32,665 nt of DNA. It comes from an uncultured Candidatus Saccharibacteria bacterium (GTDB lineage: Bacteria > Patescibacteriota > Saccharimonadia > Saccharimonadales > Saccharimonadaceae). How positions within the stretch are numbered: the first letter of the stretch is position 1; the number at the start of each line of letters is the position of its first letter. Positions 8,577 through 17,787 of this stretch are shown piece by piece. A program made the position numbers and the translations under genes. The stretch is taken from assembly GCA_964349645.1 (NCBI GenBank), contig CAYGHK010000001.1, forward strand, positions 4,235 to 36,899. Reading direction: 5' to 3'. A model generated the notes under the pieces. That model had not been told where the DNA came from, did not search any database, and was given only the letters and a program-made list of their open reading frames with translations.

Positions 8577-11081
8577 CTAATCTTTTCTATACCAACTATA
8601 TTTTGAATCCATCGCGTCCCCCTGCCCAGCCATCGGCGACCTACCGGGCCCACCATCCGAGTCCCAGGACGCAGAGGCGAATTTTTTACTAAAACCATCA
8701 ATACTACCAACAAACATAAAGGTATGGCTGCTACTCATTGCAACATCACCCTGCTTTAAATCACTAGTGCTATTTACGGATATTTTTTTCCAATTTCTAT
8801 CTAGCCATTTCTTTTGCGCGATTGTTGTACCGGCTCCCTTTGAAAAATTTGCTCCATAGTTATATTCTGGCTCGTAGCCAGAATTTATCATTGTCAAAGT
8901 TACAAAACCGCCGCAGTCGTTTCCAGGGTATGATATTCCACCAACATACAACCCCTTTTTCCTAGCTTTGGTAACAGCACTTTTATAGGCCGGTCGCTGT
9001 TTACCAAACGGATCGCCGTGATACTCCGGCCATGCATAAGCTTTTATTGTGCCTGCGAAATCTCCGGCAACAGCACCATCGGAACAGCCATTTTCTGTCC
9101 CAGTAGTTGAACCTTTTGCTCCTAGCGCCTTTTCGATTCCCTTCCCTATGCCGTCGGCGTATTTATCTTTATTTAATCCGCTCTGCCCAACCTCGTTATA
9201 TACCCAAGGAACATCTGAAAAGAGCTGTACTATAGATATATCACCAATAGCAGGTAAACCTCTTGAGGCTGGAAAGTCTAGTCTATGAATTTGCACTCCA
9301 CCTTCTTCGGCTTTTCTTGCATCTAATATTTTTTCTGAATATTCCTTACTCTTTTTTGCTACAGCTTCGTTTGTGAAGGTCTTCTTCTTTGTGCCGGTTT
9401 TACGGTATAAGCCAACTTCCTGTGGAGTAACCCAGCCATATGAGGAAGATCCGAAGCTGCCCCCAGTTGTGTGAATACTTACAGCTATAGACGCTTTTGC
9501 TTTATTTGCTATCTTCGCTCTTTCGATAAGACCCACGCTATCTTCAGCATTTTTCTTGGTACTTTTAACTTTATAACCCTTTCCCTCAAGATAATTACGA
9601 ACTTTCTCAGAAATAGTCCAAGCGTCTTTAGTTTCCTGGCCATTGTCAGAGTCTTGTGCTTTGATGCCACTTTCTGGGTCGGTTTCATTTACAGTACTGC
9701 CCGAATGGCCGGGATCTAGGACAACGTCTACAGATCCACCACCAGCCGTGTCTTCACAGACACATGCGGAAGTTCCGCTTGATTCACTTGTTGGTGTAGT
9801 TGCAGCTCCTCCAGTTGATGGTACGCCCGCTCCAAACTTTCTCAAAGTAGCTTTTGCTTTTTTAGTTCGATCGTCTATAGTTGCTGTTCTACTGAGGGGT
9901 CTTTCATATCCAAAATACGGACTTCCATTTACGCTACCCTGGAATGCTTCGGTGGCTTGTTTTACGGTAGTGGTTGACTTTAGTTGACTACCGGCGACAG
10001 GCTCCTTGAGTATTCCTTTGTTATTTAAGCCATCGTCTATTGTCTCAAGTTGTACTTGTAGGTCGTTTGGGTCTTTGCCGGCTGCTTTTGTTGGGTTTAT
10101 AAATTTACCCCCTTTTGTCCACTGTGCAATACCCCAGCCCGCATCACCACTGAAACTTTCAGCTGGGGTTTTAGTTCCAATAGGCGTACCCTGCTTTCTT
10201 TGTGGTTCTACGTTGGATTCAACAAGTAGGTTACCTACAATTCCGGCAGACTGTTCTTTTGTCCAACCTTTAGATACGAAAAAGTTAAAAGCTTTCTCGG
10301 CGTTTTCACTACCTTCTAATCCAGCACCCTCGCTGTCTGGATTACCGCATATGCAAGGGTTGCTTCCATCGCCCTCATCTTCACTAGCCTGTGCCCCTTC
10401 GCTGATATTAGTAAGTGGCGTCTCTTTTGTAACCGGTCTTATTTTTACATTGTCTATTCCGTCCTTGAAGTTAAGTATTTCCGCAACTTCCCACCATAGA
10501 TCTATCTCTGGTTTTTGGTCACCTCCAGCTCCAACATCTGCCTTTTGGGCAACAACACTCTTACCTTTGTATGTAATTTCTAGCTTAGTTTTATTTGGTA
10601 AATCACCAAGTGCGCTGTAGTCGCCACTCCCGGGACTAATACTTAACTCCGCAAAAGAGGACGTTCCAGGAAGTTTATTGTCGGTGTTGCCTACACCAGT
10701 ATCATCAGAACTACCATTACTGCCGTCGGGGTCTTGAATGTTATTCGTAGGTACGAACTTTCCATTTTTGTAAGTTCCGCCATATATACTAGCTTTTGCT
10801 GTGCGCCCTCCAGCGGGTACATTACCAACGCCTCTTGGTGAATACTCTACACTACCACCCGAAGGGCTTGCACTTGCATCGGGTTCTTCTGTGCCACCAC
10901 CCGTTGGATCGCAAGCATTTGGATCGTAGAACTGTACTTCAGAGTCGGAATAAAAGTCTGAAACAGCTTGCACGGGTAGTTCAGATATTAAGGTGATACA
11001 AAATACTAACAACACTCCTGCACGCAGTGCTTTTGAGAAAGTAAAAAATCTATTCTTTAGCAATGTGTACATGAGGTCCAC
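8577..11081 (-). CDS. Secreted or anchored multi-domain peptidoglycan hydrolase: RlpA/DPBB-like, phage-tail-lysozyme-like, MurNAc-L-Ala amidase (Amidase_3-like) and NlpC/P60-like domains
   Basis: 834 aa with an N-terminal hydrophobic anchor (ALRAGVLLVFCITLISELPVQA).
- DPBB-like: ASIYGGTY...LPGTSSFAEL...KLEITYKGKSVVAQKADVGAGG...EIDLWWEVAEIL.
- Lysozyme-like: FFVSKGWTKEQSAGIVGNLLVESNVEP...GWGIAQWT.
- Amidase_3-like: VVLDPGHSG...LIERAKIANKAKASIAVSIHT.
- NlpC/P60-like: GNDCGGFV...LKQGDVAMSSSHTFMFVG.
Domain calls rest on motif recall only. Confidence 0.72.
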   Translation of the reverse strand: MDLMYTLLKNRFFTFSKALRAGVLLVFCITLISELPVQAVSDFYSDSEVQFYDPNACDPTGGGTEEPDASASPSGGSVEYSPRGVGNVPAGGRTAKASIYGGTYKNGKFVPTNNIQDPDGSNGSSDDTGVGNTDNKLPGTSSFAELSISPGSGDYSALGDLPNKTKLEITYKGKSVVAQKADVGAGGDQKPEIDLWWEVAEILNFKDGIDNVKIRPVTKETPLTNISEGAQASEDEGDGSNPCICGNPDSEGAGLEGSENAEKAFNFFVSKGWTKEQSAGIVGNLLVESNVEPQRKQGTPIGTKTPAESFSGDAGWGIAQWTKGGKFINPTKAAGKDPNDLQVQLETIDDGLNNKGILKEPVAGSQLKSTTTVKQATEAFQGSVNGSPYFGYERPLSRTATIDDRTKKAKATLRKFGAGVPSTGGAATTPTSESSGTSACVCEDTAGGGSVDVVLDPGHSGSTVNETDPESGIKAQDSDNGQETKDAWTISEKVRNYLEGKGYKVKSTKKNAEDSVGLIERAKIANKAKASIAVSIHTTGGSFGSSSYGWVTPQEVGLYRKTGTKKKTFTNEAVAKKSKEYSEKILDARKAEEGGVQIHRLDFPASRGLPAIGDISIVQLFSDVPWVYNEVGQSGLNKDKYADGIGKGIEKALGAKGSTTGTENGCSDGAVAGDFAGTIKAYAWPEYHGDPFGKQRPAYKSAVTKARKKGLYVGGISYPGNDCGGFVTLTMINSGYEPEYNYGANFSKGAGTTIAQKKWLDRNWKKISVNSTSDLKQGDVAMSSSHTFMFVGSIDGFSKKFASASWDSDGGPGRSPMAGQGDAMDSKYSWYRKD

Positions 11082-13962
11082 TTCCTATATCTATGAAAAC
11101 TTCGCATTTACTGCCGTTGTCTTTAGTTTTATTAACGTACTCTTGATTTGGCACACCATTTTCACAATTTGAACCAAGTAAATTTGCAGCATCATCGATA
11201 AATTTCTGAACTTTATCATTGTGTCCATTATAAGCTAAAGTTACGCCATCTATTGCGCCTATATCTGCAGCCTTACCTTCACAATGATTACTTCCAGAAC
11301 AAGGTCCTCGGTATAATGAGCTGACTGTAAAGGTGTGGTTTTGCGAGAGAGAAGCAAGAACTTTTATCAAGGCTTCATTTAGTGGTGTATTTTGACCCCT
11401 TGCCATCTTCTCTACCAACTCTTTATCGTCCGATAAAGTTACTTTTCCTGAGTCCAGAATCTCTTTAGCGGCTTCTTGGGCCGTTCCACTAAAAGCCCCT
11501 GTACCACCCGCCGAATCATCAGAGGGTTCTGGTGCTGACTCATCTGCCTTATCATTATGTTGATCGTCAAACCCGCCATCAAAGTAATTCATATGGAACA
11601 TATGGTACTTTAAGGGATCGTCGGTTTTATCTGGGTCTAGGCAGGCTTTTTTATCAAGACCTTCTGGCCAACCTTCCGTTTCGCTTGAAATTGGTTCATC
11701 ATTTTCTACACATTTTTTTAACCACTTATCGTATTCAGTATCTGGTACAGATTCGCCATCCTCATCTATATACCTATAGCACGGTGCTTCATTATCGACG
11801 TCTTGACCACACATGTAGCTCGTAACATTATCGGGGTCGTAGGTGTCGCTACTCGAGGAACCTGCGTCGCCAACTTTATTAGGGTCGAGGCCGTACTGTG
11901 GGTTGCAATATATATCTGCTGCAACATCAAGGCTCTCATAATCGTCATCTGGACATTGTTCGTATTCACCTTCAATATAATCACTACTTTTAGCATATGT
12001 TGAAACCGAAACGCTTGAGGCTGCTACTGCAGCTAGATTGGTCAGTTTTGGAAGTATATTACCAAAAGTTACACCACTTACAGCAGGAGATATTGTTGTG
12101 GCAAAACGACCTGCAAAAGAATCGGTGTTTGAAATATCAAATTGGTACCCAAGTCCGCTATCGGCAGCTATTTTACTTTCAATTTTTTTAGCATCGTTGT
12201 CATAAGCCACAGCCTTAGCTGCGCTTAGCGGGAAAAAACCATGGAAACGATTATTCATAGAGCTTAGCCCCCCAACCCCTCCAACGATAGCATTTCCAGC
12301 TTCGTCGCCGTACTCGTCGCCTGTGATGAGCGTGTTACTTAAGGCGGCGATTAGCCCCGTAGCTGCAAGTCGAATAAGCGGTATGAATGGTTTTGCAGCC
12401 ACACTTCCCACAGCACCAATTGCGTCACCGACGATTGGGATAGATAGTATTAGATCGCCAACAAAGTTAATAGCTTTACATCCACCTGCCGCAAATTTAT
12501 TTTTCGCTATTGCTCCAGCCGTACTAGCCGAGCCACCACCTAGGATGTATTTGCCGTATTCTGAATTATCTTTTGGCAAGTATCCATAAGCCGCATATTG
12601 GTAGCCTGCTGAGTCGAAAGCTGTTTTGTTGTCGTTATTTGGGTTTGGTTTTTGTAAAATTCCAGCAAGTAAGGCCATAGCTCTCGTGGCGCTTGTATTT
12701 TTTGAGTCACCAGCTTTTGTTTGATCAGCAAGCCTGAAGAATATTGCTGCATACCGGATTAAGACAGCAGAATTTTTTAATTTTACTGCAGTTGCCGCGT
12801 AACTGACAAGGGAACGCACCATGCAGACGCCTTGCAATGCGGCGGCATATATATTGCTTAGTTTAGGCACGTGTACCTTGCCGGACTTTTCGTCTAGCTT
12901 AGCCTCTTCCACCTCCTCGGCAAGCGCCTCCGCCATATCTTCGCCCAGCTGTTTTGATACGGCATTTTCTGTACTGTCATTGTTTCTGTCAGGCCTAACA
13001 TTTATATCAAAACCTTCGCCACTAATTGATGTCTTTATTCTACTTTTTAATTCCTTATCTCTTTCTGCTGGATCGTCGATTATTCTATCACTATCAATTC
13101 CTTTAGTTTTACCTATATAAACTTTTAGTTTTGCAAGCATTTTTCTTGCTGAAGTATCTACCCAGTGTGCAACTTTTGATTTATTGAAACTTCGTACATT
13201 TTTGCGAAGATTTGGGCTTTCACGAAACTCCCTCTTAAAGTCCTTAGCGGCGATCTTCTTATTCTTTCCCGTTTCGTCAATATATGTGATTGATTTTATC
13301 TTACATTTAGTTGTACCTACAAAACTTTTACAAACTTCGGTTTCAATTTTTGAGCCCGGGTTGCGCCTTTCAAATTTATCTATTTCTTTTTGAGACATAC
13401 CTTTAAATCGACATTTTACTTTGATTTTGCAGCTTGTTGGGTCGCTGGTCATCTTTTTCACCATTATTCGACCATTACGTCTGTCCATTAGTGCATTCGG
13501 TCTTCTGTCGAACTTGTCCAGCAAGACCTCTTTTAGGTGAATAAGGGCAGTTGTTGGGCCAAGCACGACTGCCAGTCCAATAACAACAATAATAATTCCT
13601 ACCAGGCCACCTATAACACCTTTTTTCTTTGTGAATTGAATATTGAAGCCTACCTTCGATTCTTCGTTTTTAGCCTTCGAAACGTTAGTAACCCAACCAG
13701 CACCAGCCGCCTCCTTGGATCTTATGCCATCTTGGCTTGCGTCAAGGTCTTCGGTATCATTTTCGGCAGCGTTATTTTCGTAATCTTCGAGAGATTTGTC
13801 GCTAGGCTCATCAGGCGTGTATGTAGGGTTTTCCAGGATTGATTTACTTGGTGATTTTGAACCACCATAGTTTTTTTCAACTTTGTCAGACCATTTTTTA
13901 TCACCAACGTTTCTTGCTGGGTTTAGGTCGTCTTGTTCTGGTTTTTGTTTTGTGTTGGGCAT
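11050..13962 (-). CDS. Large membrane-anchored T4SS-associated protein with a C-terminal LAS-family (peptidase M15-like) zinc peptidase domain
   Basis: 970 aa. It has an acidic, disordered N-terminus, a TM helix (VIGGLVGIIIVVIGLAVVLG) and a Gly/Ala-rich hydrophobic central region. The C-terminus reads SSLYRGPCSGSNHCEGKAADI...GSGPHVHIA, matching the SxHxxGxAxD...HxH zinc-ligand pattern of M15/hedgehog-type peptidases. It overlaps the next gene by 32 nt. Confidence 0.65.
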   Translation of the reverse strand: MPNTKQKPEQDDLNPARNVGDKKWSDKVEKNYGGSKSPSKSILENPTYTPDEPSDKSLEDYENNAAENDTEDLDASQDGIRSKEAAGAGWVTNVSKAKNEESKVGFNIQFTKKKGVIGGLVGIIIVVIGLAVVLGPTTALIHLKEVLLDKFDRRPNALMDRRNGRIMVKKMTSDPTSCKIKVKCRFKGMSQKEIDKFERRNPGSKIETEVCKSFVGTTKCKIKSITYIDETGKNKKIAAKDFKREFRESPNLRKNVRSFNKSKVAHWVDTSARKMLAKLKVYIGKTKGIDSDRIIDDPAERDKELKSRIKTSISGEGFDINVRPDRNNDSTENAVSKQLGEDMAEALAEEVEEAKLDEKSGKVHVPKLSNIYAAALQGVCMVRSLVSYAATAVKLKNSAVLIRYAAIFFRLADQTKAGDSKNTSATRAMALLAGILQKPNPNNDNKTAFDSAGYQYAAYGYLPKDNSEYGKYILGGGSASTAGAIAKNKFAAGGCKAINFVGDLILSIPIVGDAIGAVGSVAAKPFIPLIRLAATGLIAALSNTLITGDEYGDEAGNAIVGGVGGLSSMNNRFHGFFPLSAAKAVAYDNDAKKIESKIAADSGLGYQFDISNTDSFAGRFATTISPAVSGVTFGNILPKLTNLAAVAASSVSVSTYAKSSDYIEGEYEQCPDDDYESLDVAADIYCNPQYGLDPNKVGDAGSSSSDTYDPDNVTSYMCGQDVDNEAPCYRYIDEDGESVPDTEYDKWLKKCVENDEPISSETEGWPEGLDKKACLDPDKTDDPLKYHMFHMNYFDGGFDDQHNDKADESAPEPSDDSAGGTGAFSGTAQEAAKEILDSGKVTLSDDKELVEKMARGQNTPLNEALIKVLASLSQNHTFTVSSLYRGPCSGSNHCEGKAADIGAIDGVTLAYNGHNDKVQKFIDDAANLLGSNCENGVPNQEYVNKTKDNGSKCEVFIDIGSGPHVHIAKE

Positions 13963-13975
13963 GAGTAATTTGCCT

Positions 13976-15871
13976 CTACTTTATTTCACCTTCACTTAAA
14001 TATCCTTTGCGAATCTCAACATCTTGATTTTCTACAGCCTGGTCGGCAAGCTCAGCTGCTCTTTTAGCATCAAGCTCCGCTTGGGGGTTGGTAGTAACAA
14101 GTTTGTGTTCAGTTGGGCTTGGAACAATTTGAATATGTACATGATTTTGACCTGCGAAGAAAAGACCTTGGCCTACCGGGAAGTTGTTTAGTCGTTTTCT
14201 TTCTTCTTCGGTAAGTTTAAATACATCAGCCAGAACATCTACTGCGCTTGAGCTTTGTTTTAGTAGTAACTGCATGCTGGCGTTAGCAACAATAGCACGA
14301 CCCATTTTACTAGCCATAAAATCTTCTACGTCTTGGCTAATTGTAGTGAGTCCAAGGTAATATTTTCGTGCACGTTTAGCCAAACTAAAAATAAAGTTTG
14401 CAGAGTCTTCGTACTTCATCAGTTGCCATGCCTCATCAACAATTAGCATTCGTTTCTTTTTGTCAGTTCGAGTTTTGTTCCAGATATGGTTCAAAATGAT
14501 ATACATTGCAGTTGGACGCAACTCGTCCTCGAGAGTTTGAATATTAAACACAACCATATTGTTGTTTATATCAACATTACTTTGTTGAGAGAAGATGCCG
14601 GCAAATGTTCCTGTAGTATATTTTCGTAGCCTTTGAGCCAATTCTGGGCCAGAGCCGCCCATATGGAGCAACGTGTCATAAAGGTCGTTGATTGTAGGCG
14701 GCGTCGACTGGTGAGTAAGCGGATCACTCGTAATGCCGACGCGCGCATAAGTATCGATCAACGCTTGATCGAGGTCAGCTTCTTGGTTCGGCGTAAGTGG
14801 AACGGCTTGGTTGCTTATCATTAGTTTGATAAGTCCATGTAGGGTTATTAGGTTTGCTCGTAGTGAATCATCAGCATCTTCTTCGTCGATAACCCTCGGT
14901 AAGTCAAAAGGATTTATGCGAATATCAGAGTTTAGACTCATTTGTACGTAGCTACCACCCACTGCTTCACATAGTTTTTGGTATTCATTTTCAGGGTCGA
15001 TGATTATGACTTCCGTACCGGTCATCATAGAGCGTATCGCTTCAAGCTTCACAGCAAAGGATTTACCAGCACCGGATTTTGCAAAAACAACCATATTTGC
15101 GTTTTCGAGAGAGAATCTATCAAAAATAACCAAACCGTTGTTGTGCATGTTTATTCCGTATAGGACGCCTTTTTCTTGAGTAAGATCGGCAGATGTAAAT
15201 GGAAAGCTAGTTGAAATTGCCCCAGTGTTCATGTTGTGACGAATCTGCAATTGGTCTGAAAGTTGAGGTGCTGTACTTTGCACACCCTGCTCTTGTTGGC
15301 TGGAGGCGACTTTGCTAAAAATAAGCTGTTGACCAAGTGTACTTTCAACTTTGTGCTGCATGAAGTCCATTTCATCTAAGCTGTCGGCGTATAAAGTAAT
15401 GTATAGACCGTATCGGAAGAAACGCTCAGCACCAAGTTGCAGCTGATCACGTAGCTCTTCGGCGTCGCTAATTGCAGCTTCAAGACCCGGGTCGCGAACC
15501 TTACCTTTTTCGCTATTTATGCTCTGCGATGCTTCAAGTTGAGTTACTTTTCGACGCAAGTTTTTCATAACAATTTCCGACTCAACTGGGTAAATAAACA
15601 TAGCTATATCCACTACTTCATCGGCATTTATGATCGAGCTAAGCCAGCCAGTATATAGCTGACGAGGATATCCGTACACATAAAGCGTTCGGCCGTATTT
15701 ATTGCCAAGTCGGAAGTATGAGCTATTAATTTCTAAACTACTTGGAGCAATGAGGTCACGAAGGGTTCGAACTCCTTTTAAAAACTCTTGTTCGATTTCG
15801 GCCTGTTCCCTAGCACGTTGCTGGGCGGCTATGTCGATAGCATCTTGCTTTTTACCGCCAAAAATACCCAT
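13976..15871 (-). CDS. virB4: VirB4/TrbE/PrgJ-family T4SS ATPase
   Basis: 631 aa. The N-domain pattern is LIAPSSLEINSSYFRLGNKYGRTLYVYGYPRQLYTGWLSSII. Walker A is FAKSGAGKSF and Walker B is RMLIVDEAWQL, followed by GLTTISQDVEDF. Its start overlaps the upstream stop by 1 nt (TAATG). Confidence 0.88.
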   Translation of the reverse strand: MGIFGGKKQDAIDIAAQQRAREQAEIEQEFLKGVRTLRDLIAPSSLEINSSYFRLGNKYGRTLYVYGYPRQLYTGWLSSIINADEVVDIAMFIYPVESEIVMKNLRRKVTQLEASQSINSEKGKVRDPGLEAAISDAEELRDQLQLGAERFFRYGLYITLYADSLDEMDFMQHKVESTLGQQLIFSKVASSQQEQGVQSTAPQLSDQLQIRHNMNTGAISTSFPFTSADLTQEKGVLYGINMHNNGLVIFDRFSLENANMVVFAKSGAGKSFAVKLEAIRSMMTGTEVIIIDPENEYQKLCEAVGGSYVQMSLNSDIRINPFDLPRVIDEEDADDSLRANLITLHGLIKLMISNQAVPLTPNQEADLDQALIDTYARVGITSDPLTHQSTPPTINDLYDTLLHMGGSGPELAQRLRKYTTGTFAGIFSQQSNVDINNNMVVFNIQTLEDELRPTAMYIILNHIWNKTRTDKKKRMLIVDEAWQLMKYEDSANFIFSLAKRARKYYLGLTTISQDVEDFMASKMGRAIVANASMQLLLKQSSSAVDVLADVFKLTEEERKRLNNFPVGQGLFFAGQNHVHIQIVPSPTEHKLVTTNPQAELDAKRAAELADQAVENQDVEIRKGYLSEGEIK

Positions 15872-16698
15872 TAGTTGCTCTCCTGGCTAAGGTTTGGCCG
15901 TGGCGCTTCGCCCGCACCCTTTTGGATATAGGTGTTGGTGATGTTGTTAAAATCCCCTAAAGGTTGGCGAACGGCAGTATCTGGGTTGTAGAAGTTGTAG
16001 TAGAGCTCGCCAAGCTCCTTGGTGTTGAGTTGCACCGAACGAACTCCCATTTGGAATAAACCACTCAAAACTGTGTTGATGCGGTTTTGTAACTCATCTT
16101 TGGCTTTGTCATATGCTTCTTGGTTGATTTTAATATTCACCTGTTGCTGAGGTTTAAATAGGTTTGAAAATAGGTTTTTACTCGAAGCAACTGCGCTATC
16201 AAGATCTCCAGCTGGGTAATATGGTACAACCAGGAAAAAACTCTTGTCCATAATATTCGCTTCTTGTGCAAGCTGGTCGATAAAGTCTATGTAATTGTCC
16301 ATCAGTACTCCTAAGAGCATGTTGTCTTGACCTCTACGCATTTTATCGAGTCTGTCGAGGTATGGTGCGATATCTACTCTTTGTGAGCGAATTAATATTT
16401 GTATCGGAAAGGTCAAAGAATTTAAAAAACTTTGGTAGGCGTACTCAACACCTTCACGCTCTCGTGAGCTCATGAGGTCAAAGTTGATTGACTTACAGGT
16501 TATAACCGCACGAAAACTACCGTCGCTCATGATCACCATATTTTCACGTATTTCAGATATCAAGAGTGCGTTTTGTGCACTGTTTGGATTTTTCTTTGCT
16601 GCTGCAGGTGCAGGTTGTTGAGGGTTTTTCCCGGCAGCTTGAGGTGCTCCAGGTTGTCCTGGGGCTTTAGGTTGGGTATTATTTTTATTTGGCTGCAT
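15871..16698 (-). CDS. Hypothetical protein, VirB4 N-terminal-domain-like with no NTPase motifs
   Basis: 275 aa with a Pro/Gln/Ala-rich disordered N-terminus. The segment ISEIRENMVIMSDGSFRAVITCKSINFDLMSSREREGVEYAYQSFLNSLTFPIQILIRSQRVD resembles the start of VirB4/TrbE N-domains. There is no Walker A. It is translationally coupled to virB4. Confidence 0.4.
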   Translation of the reverse strand: MQPNKNNTQPKAPGQPGAPQAAGKNPQQPAPAAAKKNPNSAQNALLISEIRENMVIMSDGSFRAVITCKSINFDLMSSREREGVEYAYQSFLNSLTFPIQILIRSQRVDIAPYLDRLDKMRRGQDNMLLGVLMDNYIDFIDQLAQEANIMDKSFFLVVPYYPAGDLDSAVASSKNLFSNLFKPQQQVNIKINQEAYDKAKDELQNRINTVLSGLFQMGVRSVQLNTKELGELYYNFYNPDTAVRQPLGDFNNITNTYIQKGAGEAPRPNLSQESN

Positions 16699-16741
16699 TT
16701 ATTACTGTTTACCCTCTTCTCGCTACGGCGGGGATCAGGCA

Positions 16742-17680
16742 CTAATGCAACTTAATCTCCACCTCTTCTTCGGCTTGTTTTTCTTCTATACGCTTCGCTT
16801 GCTTGGCGAGCGTACTCACCTTATAGCCTTGACTGTTGTCTACGAGGTTTATTATATCAGGAGACGGCGTGTTATCGCTAGTGCTTTGAGCAGTTTGGTC
16901 AACACTTGTCGTTTCTGGTTTAGAATCTTCGGGATCGACCACTTCTCCGACTGGATGTATAACTGTTTGGTGAATTGACGAAGGGTATGGGTCAAACTTT
17001 ACTTTATCGAGTATTTTTTTTGCTTCTTTTTCGAGTTCGTCATCTGTTACGTCAGGCTTTTTCGGCTGAGCCTTCTTGGCTGGTTTTGCAGCTTGCTCCA
17101 TTCGATCTATCGCCGCTTTTTGGCTGATAGTTTTTTGTTCTTTTATAAGTTTATCGAAAGAGGTTTCTTCTAAAATATCTTCCATATTGTCAACTTCGGC
17201 AACCACATTTTCGGCCAAACTAACATTTCCAGTACTGTTAACATCAGGGTTAAACACGCCCCTCGCAGCCCAACCTCGTGTGTCCATAATTTGCGAAAGC
17301 CTGTCTAGCCTGTCCAGTGCTTCGTCTTGACTGATGTCTTTTGTTCTTTGCTCCTCTATAACGTGCGGCGCGGTTATCTCAACAGTTGAAATAACGCCGT
17401 CGGGCATCCACAAGCGTTTTTTGGACTTTAAGTTGTATTGTAATATCGCAGCCAGGTAGGTTTCGGTCGGTTGATCTTTGCGTAAAGGTAGGGCTATTGC
17501 AGTAAAAAATATTATAAATGGCAATGGAATCAATATAAGCCCAACAAATATTTTACTGAGTATAAATGCCACAAAACAAGCAAATGCCACTATAATAAGG
17601 TAAATAAACTGACGAAAGCCAAAAGGCCCTATCAGCTTATCTTCTGCTTCAACATCCTGGGGTACTTTGTAGACTGCCAT
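16742..17680 (-). CDS. PrgI/VirB3-like T4SS membrane protein with a long charged C-terminal extension
   Basis: MAVYKVPQDVEAEDKLIGPFGFRQFIYLIIVAFACFVAFIL plus a second TM helix fits the PrgI-family N-terminus. I prefer the ATG at 17680. The track starts at 17719, adding 13 residues. Confidence 0.6.
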   Translation of the reverse strand: MAVYKVPQDVEAEDKLIGPFGFRQFIYLIIVAFACFVAFILSKIFVGLILIPLPFIIFFTAIALPLRKDQPTETYLAAILQYNLKSKKRLWMPDGVISTVEITAPHVIEEQRTKDISQDEALDRLDRLSQIMDTRGWAARGVFNPDVNSTGNVSLAENVVAEVDNMEDILEETSFDKLIKEQKTISQKAAIDRMEQAAKPAKKAQPKKPDVTDDELEKEAKKILDKVKFDPYPSSIHQTVIHPVGEVVDPEDSKPETTSVDQTAQSTSDNTPSPDIINLVDNSQGYKVSTLAKQAKRIEEKQAEEEVEIKLH

Positions 17681-17787
17681 GCTTATGTTTATTATATAGG
17701 ATTTCTCAGTTAAAATCACAAATCCAAGAGATTATATATTTACAAATATTCATTTTTAGTTTATTGTAATTTACAAAAGGAGATATT

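Noticed and set aside
10006-10620. 204-aa plus-strand ORF, together with similar ones at 9049-9987, 12323-13120 and 21391-21789
   Set aside because: These are antisense to long, motif-supported genes (hydrolase, M15 protein, VirB6-like). They are Pro/Ser/Ala-rich, as expected from reading GC-richer genes backwards.
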